Shown piece after piece: positions 1-11,600 of a DNA stretch of 64,000 bases. Origin of the DNA: Puccinia triticina (lineage: Eukaryota); contig CP110439.1 of NCBI GenBank assembly GCA_026914245.1, positions 930,001-994,000 of the forward strand. The letters run 5' to 3'. Within the stretch, counting starts at the first letter, position 1, and each line of letters starts with the position of its first letter. The notes beneath the pieces were generated by a model, which had not been told where the DNA came from, ran no database searches, and saw nothing but the letters and a program-made list of their open reading frames with translations. The position numbers and the translations under genes were made by a program.

Positions 1-1934
1 GAATATCAACTTTGACCACCATAAATACTCGGAGTCTCTATCAACAAAAAGTGAGAGGGCAACAACTAGTAGAAACGGAGGAGTTAAACCGACAAACCCC
101 AACACAGATGCACCCAAGTCTTGTCATGGCGGCGGTTTGGCCATCCGTGTTGACAGTTCTTGGACGTCGCATACTGGGACTGATCTATGAGAAATGATGA
201 GCGTGAGGTGGGGCTGATCCGGCCTCTCTTTCAGGACCTCTTCGGCCAATAGCTGCTTAGGACCCATTGGAGGATTCGAGACCCACGAATGAGCTGGCGG
301 AACAAACTGGATGACTTGACAAGCATCACACTTAGATTGGCGGAAGGATCTGGGAGATGATGGTCGGCGAGGTTGTCTGAATCGTTGAGCTCAGTGGAAG
401 TGGTTGGCCGGTATGTCACAAGACTTAGCTTAGCAGGACAGGACCGCTGGATAAGGTAGGATGATTTGATATCCCGGCTATTCTTACCAGTCATGCGGCG
501 GCCATCAAGTTGTCCAGCGAGGCGATTGTCCTCAACGTGGAGCTCAAAACCACACATTCTTGTACAACGTGTCGCACCCTTTGGCTTGCGATTCGGTCGG
601 CCAGATGAAGTTAGAACTTGGACTCTTTAGTAAATCTGTACAGCGCGTCTATCGAATGGCAAGGGACAGATAAGGCTTGAGATGCGTGAGCGAGGCCTGA
701 GTGAGACGGTGACTCTCGCTCCATCGATATCCGGGTAGCTTTTGACGATGCTGGAAGATTTCTTGATGGCATATTTAGATCCACACGCGCGTTGTTTCAG
801 ATAACCAACAGCAATGTAAGATGCGATTGAGTGTCAGGAAAGTAACCAGGCCGTCTTCTCTTCTTTTTTCTATTTGTCCTTGCTGGTCGACCGTTTTGCT
901 ATTGCTCTATCTAAGGGGGAGCTTGTCGAGAAGGCGCCCATTTTGAAAAATTACTTTGGTTGGGGGGGGGGGGGGGGGGGATCAGACATACCTGATAGCA
1001 GTATCGTACCCGCAAACCATCGAGAGGTTAAAATGAATTCAACAGTTCTTCAGTCTGAGCTGGGGGATGTATGCAGAAATGCGAATCAGCATGAGACCTT
1101 TGCATCAGCGGAAATAGAAGAGGACACATACGGACATACGGCTCTACATGAGCGCATTTTTTGACGAAGTTTGAACCGGGCCAAGCGTTCGTTCTTGGAG
1201 TCATTGCAACGGGGAGTGAACCGATGAGGCCACTCGAACCGGTTGTTCGGGAAGCGACAGGGAGGGCTTCTCGTCGATCAGTGGTGAGAGTGAGATGGAT
1301 TTCAGGCTGGATTGGCGCCCTCAGAGATTCCTGCATTCGAAATCCTGTCCGTCTTCTTCCTCGAGCTAGTCGTGGTGGTTTGGTTGCGGTCGATAGTTTT
1401 CCGAGTTGATGGAGCCGGCTTGACCGTCGACTCTTCCAAATCAGCATCATCACCTCTCAGATAAAATATTTCCGGTTGAAGATAACGAGTCAACTGCAAG
1501 ACCAGACACCGGACACACCCTGAGCCTGTGACATCCCCCCCGAATTACAAACACTGGGGAATTCGAACTGAGCCCCGACTCCGAGGAGATTCATCACATC
1601 AACCACATATTTATATCCACCACGTAACCAAATGACTACTCTCATACTCTCTCAACTTACCCCCCAAATGAAGCCGGATGAAGAGGAACCAGTGAAGACA
1701 CTCTCGTCCGTTGCGGTATACAGTATACATTGCTTTTGGATATCCGAATCACCAAGAGAGATACAATTCTATCATTCAATGAGTCATGATAAACGTTCAG
1801 ATCTTGAAGAATGGTCGACTCTATTATCATCGTTGACATCCATTAAAAAGACTCAAATGAGGAGGGGAGGCTTATTCGGCTGGGTAGGGCAACTGTTTTC
1901 TCATGCTGATTTGAACTTACGAAGAAGTTACCCG

Positions 1935-4020
1935 CTAATTCAAGTGAGGTAAAATTGATTCTTGCTTGATAATCGGGTTATTCCTCAATCCTTGAAATTG
2001 ATTGGCAATAAGAAAGGCGATATCCAAGGATTGTTCATAATTCAGTCGAGGATCACAATGAGTCTACGATATAGTGATATCAAAAAAACCCAAAAAAACT
2101 GTCAATCGTAATTCTGTTCACAGCTCTCATTTCCATCACTACGGGGTTTCCTGACCTGGTAATTCAGTGATAAGTGTTCAGTTTGTAGGTTCATACTCCC
2201 ACCCAAGCATTCGGTAACTGAGTAACCTTCCTCATCTAGTTCCCCCGTCATTTCCAAGTGTACTCCGCCTAATCTTGAACCATTCTCGGCATGGATCTGA
2301 ATTGATTTGGATAGTTCTGTGACCACATCACCTATTCCAAGTCAATGGGTTATTCAATTGTCAGTAACAAGTATTCTCATGGAATGTGGGCTGTTTTTAA
2401 AATATGTCAAGGAAGCAGCAGGAAGAGTACGAACTTAGGTACCGAGTCTTGATACCTGACAAGCCATCTGCAGCTTTGGTATTGCCATGCATTGGATCGC
2501 AACAAAATATTGAAGAGCGATGTTTAGAGTTTCGGACAGCCTGAATACAGGCAGGCAAGCATTGATCGACATGTTCTGCCCCGAACCTACAAATCAATAA
2601 GATCTTGCCTTCTTCATATGTCGGATTGAGGATATCGAGGATTCCGATCAAATCTTCTGGGGTCGTCTTTGGCCCTAGTTTAACCCCAACCGGGTTCGAA
2701 ATCCCGCGTAAAAACTCTAAGTGGGCATGATCGAGCTGTCTCGTACGTTCGCCAACCCAAACCAAATGTGCCGAGAGATCGTAGCTAGGAGATGAAGTCT
2801 CAGGGCACGTGTTTGGGGAAGTAGTCGATCGAGGAGCGATAGCTTCTTGTATTGATGGCCCAGATCCTGCTGCCATCGAGCTGATCTTTCGCGCTCGTAC
2901 TGACCTCGCGGGCTGGATCGTTCGCGTCAAGGCTTCTTCATACTCTAGCAAGAGAGCCTACATCACAAACAAATAAAAATCTCTTCTCTGAGGAATAATG
3001 CGCATCCTTTGGCAACAATTTCACCCACCTCATGACTAGTCCAGATCTCGACGGTATCCAAGATGCCCAAAGTGCCCTCAGACTGTGCATTGGCACCAAT
3101 CGTCCTCATGAAATCCAACGAGTCCTCTAAGCGCTCAACGATGTCATGGAATTTTGCCTGCAAGCTCGGCGATCTAACGTGTGCGAATGACCAGGCTGAG
3201 GGTTGTTGAAGATTGGCGAGGCCGGATCCTAGCAAGCCCCGGATGTGGTTAATGATCGCTGATGAGTGAAAGTAGGCTCTGTATCGAATATAAGACAAGG
3301 CCGATTCATTAAAACCTTCGAAACAATCTTGGTTAATCATTGGTTACCACCGATGCATCGGCTGAGGTTCCGGCACAACGAGCGCTCACGAGAGAAGACG
3401 TTCTGGATCAGGCGTCCGCTCGCTCAATGAATAACCGTTGACAATATCTCCTCTAGATAAGTAGGTCGGGAAGACGTCAAACAAGGGGGTCAGAGTCTAA
3501 CATACGATATCCTTTCACCCAAGTTTTCTTGACTGACCGAAAACTAGGGTATTCCTTGCCATCAATCGTCTCGGTAGGCTGACTGCGAGGTTTGGCGAAC
3601 TGGCCGGCTATTCGGCCCACTCTGACCACCGGTATCCTTGCTCCCCAAATGATTATCAAGGACATCATCAAGAGTAACTTGACTCGAGCTGAGATATGTT
3701 CATGGTTACAGTACTCAAACAGTTCTGCACAATCGCCACCGTGCAATAGAAACGCTTCTCCTCGAGCCACCAGTTTCAGTCGCTCCTTTAGTTTGATAAT
3801 CTGCACCGGCATGTTGTCTTAGTCAACATAATTCCATGGATTTTCGTCTCTTCAAAAAGCAAAAACTAACCTCATGTGGTGTGACAAGACCTGGGAGCTG
3901 TTTAAGCTTGGTTTTCACATTCTCGAGTTTCGGCCAAGTGTCTTGGGGATAAGTGATGGCTTGGGCGATCGGCTTCTGTCTCCAAGAATCAACTGACCAG
4001 GGCTGGTGGACAGGCGTCAT
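1935..4020 (-). CDS. Class II (plant/actinobacterial-type) DAHP synthase, multi-exon
   Basis: Exon ORFs carry class II motifs: WSVDSWRQKPIAQ, AFLLHGGDCAE, RIAGQFAKPRS, IWTSHE, SAHLVWVGERTRQLD, NPVGVKLGP, CDPMHGNT, GGVHLEMTG, VTECLGG. The last exon reads THCDPRLNYEQSLDIAF...HLN* with TAG at 1937-1935. GT-AG introns lie between them. Confidence 0.95.
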
Positions 4021-4497
4021 GCTGGGCGATTATCGATTTCCTGAATGAAAGGTGAGAACTTGATAACCCAAGTCAAAGCAAGCTGAAGACTGGGATCGGC
4101 ATACAAGCATATCCTAAGATCCTTGCTTCGCCAATCGTTCACAGCATCCGCCTGTGACATCTCGAACTATAACTGTAACTATGATCCACATTAAGTTTTT
4201 CATAATTTACACCAACCACCGACTCGAGCACCGTGCCAAATCCAATTGGTGGTAGAAATAAACTCAGCTCAGAAACTTTCGCCGCCAGCCCAAAGGCTTC
4301 TCCAAACAGTTCGGAGCCTTGTAGCCAGCCAGATCAGGATATCCTTCACGTTCGACTCTGGTGTCATCCCTGCCCCGATCAACTTCATCCGCCGAGTGCT
4401 CAAGATATATATCGCGACAGGCACCACCAGCTATCCATTTGGTTACTTCATTCTTTGAGGATTGGAATCATACTAGACCAAATTTCCTTCGTTCCAC

Positions 4498-6242
4498 ATG
4501 CCAGAGTCATCGTTGTCTATAGCATCCACAAGTCTCACTGGCCAGGTCGAGCATGATAATCTGACTGTTCATGCTACAGTAACAAGTTCATATCCCTTTT
4601 GGCTTGGTGGTCAGTTCACTCCAATCGTTCATAACAATCCATACGCTCCTAAGCTGAGTCGGTCTCCTCTACCTCTCCCTTGATTCTCGTCCATAGGACT
4701 GGCAGCTTCAATGGCTGCGATTTGTACCCATCCGCTTGATATGGCTAAAGTGTAACTTCCCGCAGTCTTGAATTCATCCGCGTCTTTGGATTTCTATGTG
4801 GAACTGTCAAGTTTCAGTGACGTGACTGATGAAATATGTATATGGTCGCTCACTGTAATGTTTTCCTTGTTCATGCTTCGTTTTCTAGCCGAATGCAGAC
4901 TGGCCCCACACGTTCCATGCTGCAGACTTTGCTCAGTGCCGTCAAACTAGAGGGTGTCCGAAAAGGCGCATACGTTGGACTCTCGGCCTCTTTGGCCCGA
5001 CAGATGACTTACTCAGTCACACGATTTGGCGTGTACGATAATTTGAAGTTGATATTCGCGAGGCAAAGCGGGAATCCGGACACAGCCAAGCTGCCTTGCT
5101 ATCATCTCGCCATGGCCGCTAGCCTGGCAGGTGCCGCTGGTGGGCTGGCTGGTAACCCGGCTGACGTTATCCTCGTAAGAATGACCAGTGATATTAATCA
5201 CCCTGTGGAACAACGTAAAGGGTACAAGAATTGGTTCGTGTGGCTTCTGCTTTACAAGTCTAATCCAATGAAGAAGAACATTCGTCCATGTCTCAATTTA
5301 TTGAGGCGAGGTAATTGACGTCTGACATGTTTCCTTCTTGCGGTCGGTATAACTACATAAACTTTTATGAAACATAAATAAATAAATAATAATAACTGAA
5401 AATTGAAGTGTTCAAGCACTGTTCCGCATGATCAGAGAAGAAGGATTCGGCAGTCTGACAAGGGGCTTGGGCCCTAACATTTCTCGATCAATCTTGATGA
5501 ACGCAAGTCAGTTAGCAACGTGAGTCAACACATCATAATATTTACAATTCGGCTTATCTTTTTCTGACTCGCCCTATTCCTTCTACAGATACGATAGCAT
5601 CAAGGAGGGCTTACTTAATACCAAGTTCTTTCACGAAGGCCTTTGGCTACATTTTTGCGCGAGCTCGATGGCTGTGAGTCTTCATTTACAACATTCACAA
5701 GCCTTTCCTTTTTCCCCTACTCTCCCTCCATATTTTCTAGTCCAGATCACTGGTGTTACAAGTGGAAGGTTGATTTCTTGAATGCATTTTAATCACATCT
5801 CCAGGGGGCTATAGCTACGACAATATGTTCTCCATTTGATGTCGTCAAATCACGAGTCTGTCGTCCCGCGTTTTATCTCCACGCCCATCCTCAGCTGCGT
5901 TTCGCAGACTTGAATACTTTGCGCTCAGCCTCTGCTAACTTCGTCATTGTTACGTTTTCTCAGATCATGAATACCGTACCCGGCAGTGCCACGGTACCAC
6001 AGGTGATTCGACAGTCGTTCCGGACCGAAGGTGTGGGCTGGATATTCCGCGGGTGGACGCCGGCTTTCATACGTTTAGGGCCCAATACAGTGTATGGTCC
6101 CTCGATTCTTCGCTATATTGCAACGAGCCACAAGAGTTGATCTAATGCATAGCTTATCCGTTGATGACTCCATCAATAAAGTATCATTTTCGTTGGTCTT
6201 GAACAATTAAGAATCGCAGTGGACTTCATTAAGAACCGATAA
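4498..6242 (+). CDS. DIC1: Mitochondrial dicarboxylate carrier (SLC25 family), multi-exon
   Basis: YPFWLGG / AAICTHPLDMAKVRMQ, GLSASLARQMTYSVTRFGVY, GNPADVILVRM, RSILMNASQLATYD, CSPFDVVKSRIMN, FRGWTPAFIRLGPNT. Three PxDxxK/R carrier signatures; stop TAA at 6240-6242. Confidence 0.9.
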
Positions 6243-7679
6243 ATAAATCAGTTATGAAGACAAATCTTTACAGTTTCCTGGTTTCCCCTTCCCTATTCCA
6301 ACATCCTTGGATTATATTACTTGGACTAATCGTAACCTTGGCCTCATTCTCCTCGTCACAGCATAGACCTTAATGACTGTTTTTAATTAATAGTGGCTTG
6401 CAGATCAAAGGCATCTAGGCAAGTTAATCTTCTCGCATCACTTTCCAACGCCAAATGTACGTAACGATATTTACAAAATATGCATATATACCCTAACACA
6501 CAAGCCGCACTAAGTATTTACTATCGAAATTAACTTGTGTATCGACCTCATTTGTATATAAAGAAACATGAAGACGAAAACTTTATATTGGACGTTGCTT
6601 TGCTAATTTAACTTTTCAGTAGAACAAGATCCCATTTCTAAACAGAGATTAGTTGTCTTCGGCTCACAAGCACCTGTTCACAGTAAGAATGGACTGCTTT
6701 CTTGTTATATATGCATATATGATTGTGCTGTGGCTAGTTTCTTCTTCTTGACCCCACAGGGATATCCCAACATGAGCACATGGACGCCGAGACCACAACA
6801 GTTGACTGCAAGGGAGGGTTTGGCAACCTGATATGCTAAGGCTCCGTTTGACCGGCCCCAAAAATATGGGAGCGTAATAAAGAATTATGTAGATTATTTT
6901 CGGGGGGACAGGGGAAATTACGCTACCCCCTGTCCCTGTTTGGCATCCCACAGAGCGTCATAAACTTGATGACTGGAGTTGACGCTCCATTATTCCCCCC
7001 GCCAAAAGGGAAATTTTAGTCCAACCCAAAATTTTCATTGTAATAATCGCTCCCTCCCCTCTGCCTTGAAGCAGTCCAACTCCATGGCAAGTTGAAGCCT
7101 CCTCCGCAGTCGACCTCCGTCTCAATCCCTCCGCTCCCTGACCTCAATGACCTTATTAATCCACGGTACCAACACTTAAGCACCTCCTTTTCCCCCAGCT
7201 CCAGCCACCTTCCAACATAACCCGATTCCAACCACCCCGATGCGTCTTGAGATGGCGGGTGATGGCTTTTTGCCACCTCGTCTTGGATGTGAGAGGCGAT
7301 TTGGATTTTGTCGAGGGTTGCTGAAGGCATTGGTCGGGGCATCGTGGCATTTAGCTGAGGTGCGGGTCCGGACTTGATATGGGCGGACCAAACGGGCAAG
7401 GGTGTGCGCGCGATATGACGGTGGCCGTCCCAAGCGGCCAAGGAAGATAACCAAAGAAGAAATCATGATATTATTTGACATTTGCTCATGCTAGCTTGTT
7501 ATTCTCTTGGAGGAATGAGCAGAACCTTGTATAGCTGTTCCTGATTCTCAAGATTTTGAGCATATTCAAAAAAAGACAAGAACATGAGCATATTCCCAAA
7601 CAATCAGAACATGAGTGAGGGTGTTCAAAATTGTTTTTTGAAGATCATCCAAGTTTCTTAAATCCACACAAACGTGGGA

Positions 7680-8050
7680 ACTGATCTAAGTTTTGGTGTA
7701 TTTCTTATTTAAAAAGAACACAACAGAAGAACACACAAGTTAGACAATACAAACAGCAGTTGAAAATATCCCCAAAGACCCAAAGGCCCTATGGATGACC
7801 CTCCAGCTGTGCCAGAGCAACAAGCAAAAAAGGGCCGGTTGTGAAAGACTCTGTGAAAGAGCTGTCAAGGAGGGGCCTAATCAAGAAACTTGGGGGCTTC
7901 CAGGGAGGGGGCAGACAAAACTGAATCCCCTGGGGGGACAATTGACACCAGCTCCCCACCCTTTTAAATATTCACAGCTCATCCGTTGGCAGTGAGTCAT
8001 GACTTGTAGACTATAGCCTTATCCACCACCACACCCACCATCCTCAACAA
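7680..8050 (+). repeat. Degenerate repeat related to 62485-62730 (probable retroelement terminal repeat)
   Basis: Shares GATCTAAGTTTTGGTGT, GGGGCCTAATCAAG, GGGGGC..CAGGGAGGGG and CCCCTGGG blocks, in the same order, with the 62.5 kb copy. Confidence 0.55.
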
Positions 8051-8616
8051 ACACCACCCACGCTGTTGAGATAAAAGCTTGATGCCTGATAAGAATAGGT
8101 GTTACACCTCCTTTCTAAGATAACTCCAGGTTTGAATGGTTATCAGCATCAGCACTGGGTTTCTGCAACGTGCAGACCTCTTCAGCACTCCGCAATGAGC
8201 CTGATATGATCTGCCTAGTCCACGTAAGCCTTAGCCATTCCATTCACGTTGTAGTTGTTATTCCTGTGTTTGCAGGTGAAAAATTCAAACTTTTATTTGG
8301 ACTCTCTAAACACCTCAAGATACCAACAAATAGACATCAGAAATGGAATCTACGGTGTAGTAGGCCAATCCTGATCAACCCAGAAAACCAGCAACCATCA
8401 ATCACAAGGCTGTCACACCTCAAGACTGAATCCCATACCTCTGGCCCCCTTGTCAGCAATGCCCAAGGCAACATTTCCACTCAATGGCCATACTCTGGAT
8501 AATATTATTTTCTCTTCTCACACTCCCACTCTCTTGGATAAACCCTCTCCCTAGTCTCAAACATCTACCCAGATCACATGTCACCCCCTTCTTCTAGTGT
8601 TTCCTCAGAACCATGT

Positions 8617-11600
8617 TGTAACGTTTTCTTCGTTACTGATCATTATGCAAGACTGATGTTGATTAATGATGAGAGAATTGTCCTTATTATGCTAATGACA
8701 ACTAACATCTTTTACGAGTTTATTCCTTTCTTTAATTATGAAGGTTTTGTCTGAGGGTCTGAGCTTATTGTTATAAACCCGGTTGTCTTTCATTTCGTTG
8801 TTTCCTCTTTTCCTTTTCCTCATCGCGATATTCTTTGTTCTTTGTTATCAATATCATCCAGTCGCGTAAATCCAAACTTCTATTATAACTCCTTTCAAGA
8901 GTCTATTCTTCACTCCGAAGATAGACTACCTCTAATACATCTGAAAATAGGCGACGAGTTCTCTTGAACTTCGTTCATAGCCACTTAAGAAGTAAGAGTA
9001 TTAGGTGGGCCCTCACAATTATATCGCGATCTTCAACCGTAGATTCCATACATTTAAAATTTTGGCTATCTTCGGTTTATCCGATCTTATTCTTTTCTCA
9101 AATTATAAATCGTTCGATTCGTGTTTTGCTCCTCTCATTCGCGACATTCTGAATTTAAAGCTACATATTATCTTCGCTTCATCATCTTCCTCATAATCGA
9201 TCGTCATCACCTCTATATTTAAACATTCAAATCAAGCTTTCGATAAATCTCAAAAACTATAAACATGTCCGACAACTCTTCTCCACAACTTCCTCTTCGC
9301 ATGTCATTACCCCCGTCTCCAAACCCAAACTCTTTTGCACATCTCGCCGGTCAATCTTACGTGACACCTTTCCAAAGCCCTCTTCCAAATTTTACGGTTT
9401 CGGACGATGCACAACGATCCCTTCCGCCCCTCGGCCCATTTCCAGTCGGTTTTGAACCTCGACCGATCGATTCTTTACCAATTTCGACTTCGCCAGGTCC
9501 ACATCAATCCACTCAAATGGGCGGGTTTGCATCAAACCGACCGGAGGAAGATGTCTCGGGGTTGATTGCTGGTTTGGACGTCAACAAGCTGCCAGATAGG
9601 GATCAAACGATTTACGCTAACTCACAAGCCATTGTGTCTCTCCAAGCTTAAGCCAGACGTAATGAAGAAACGATTCGCAAGAATGATGAGACGATCAAGG
9701 ACTTGTCTCAATTGTTGGTGTTCGCGAAGGACTTTACTCGGATGAAGCTCCATTACTCTCAGGAGTTTTTACAGATCCGCAATTCGGTTGATACCGTTAA
9801 CAATTCCATCAAAAATATAGTACAGTCTCATCCCGAACCTCCGCATCTTTCTCATATTTATTTTTCTGGGAATATTAGAGAAACTTACAGATTTTGTGCG
9901 ACTATGAGGGACACTTTTGCCCAATTTCCGAACAGCTTTTCTTCTGAACGACAAAAGATTCTGTGGATTGCATCTTACTTTAGAGCTGCGTCGGGAAATC
10001 TGGGCGAGGATTGTCCGTCGTACAATTGGTGGTGCGGGCTTTTGAAAGAAAACGCAGACAAGCAGGGTCTTCCGGTATTGCGGGCTTCGGCTTTGAATGA
10101 TTTTGTGATCAGTGAGCTCGAGAGTTCGGAGACCTTTTTACAAGCTTTGGAATTTTTATTTTCGAATCACAAAGAAGTTGAAGAAGCTAGAGCTAAACTT
10201 TCAGCTTTGCGTCAAGGTTCAAAATCTATCACAGATTATAATATCGAATTCAATTCTTATTTACACTTGGTGGATTTTTCGGAATCGACTTTGGTGGCGT
10301 TGTATCAAGACAGTGTCAACATCAAGATTCACGAGTGCGGGTTGTTTCGCGGCGATTGGTCTTCGATTCAGACTTTGAAGGAGAAGCAGTTGCGTGCGGT
10401 GGCTTTGGCTCCGGATGCGGGAGAAGTGGCGGCATTGAATCATCGGAAATCAGCTCCCCCAGCTCCTAGAATCGAATATCGAGTCGCAGTTCCGCCTGTT
10501 GCTCCGCCTGTCAAGACTAATCAACAAAATCAACAAGTGCCGATGGATATTGACATCATGACGGCAGAGGCGGGTTTTAATTTTCCGTTGTGGAGGGTTG
10601 AAGCTACCAGACGAGGGATATGTATTCGCTGCACCGGCAATTTTGATGAAGAACATTACAAAAAGCGAGGCTGCCCCCTTCCTGAGGACGAGTGGTTGAA
10701 GAAGGACGATTTGCTTCCCATTTGGAAAAGCTGGGGGGGTTCTTTAAGAGAAGATAGGAATCGGTCGGATCCGACTCGTTCTCGTTATGCGGACAAAGGG
10801 AAGAAGAGAGAGTCGGTTTCTGAAATCACCGATCAGCCAATTCCTAAGAAGAGGACTTCTTTGGCTTCTCACCAGCCCGATGTGGCTCCTTCAATTGCGA
10901 TGACTCAGGAGCCGGGAGCAGAGTACGGCGGGATTTGTTACGTCGACTCTATTTCGAACGAGACCTTGACGGTTGCTGAACTATTGTTCAATCGGGAGTT
11001 GAGTAAGGAAGAGCACGACGAATGTGAGCCCTTTCATCATGTTTTGGTGTCTAAATTAAGTAATAGGCCTACCTTCGTTGGGAAAGTATTCACAAATAAA
11101 AATATTAAGATCATAGATGTTTCAGTTCTGGTTGATTCTGGAGCTTCGAATTCTTTTATTGATGATTGGTTTGTTGTTTCACAGGATCTGCCTACTCATT
11201 CACTTTCTCAGCCTTTATCTTTAAGATCATTCGATGGTTCGGCGGCGGTTTCCGGAGATGTTTGTTCTTATGTCAAGATTTCAATTCTTATTCCTATTAT
11301 AGATGGTAAATTTTTAGAATCAAAGGTTCGGCTCAATGTTACTAGACTGTCCTCTTCCGAGATTATTTTAGGCAGCACCTGGCTCAAGGACACGAACACC
11401 TTCATCGGTGGGAGAGATAATAATATTGTCATAAATGGTTGTGTTTCTTTTAATTCTGCAATTGATGAGTCACCGGGTTCGTATTTATTGAAAGAGTTTT
11501 CAGACGTGTTCGTATCAGAAAGTCTAGCGTCCCTTCCTCCTCATCGACCGAGCTTCGATTGTGAGATCAATTTGAAAGAAGGAGCGATGCCTCCGTTCGG

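Noticed and set aside
1..1500. Possible spliced minus-strand gene (ORFs 231-557 and 1028-1453)
   Set aside because: Intron-like signals exist, but I could not assemble a stop-free model or recognise a domain.
4246..4458. Short ORF between DAHP synthase and DIC1 containing TSYPF, like the DIC1 N-terminus
   Set aside because: The match is too short to distinguish from chance and there is no other support.
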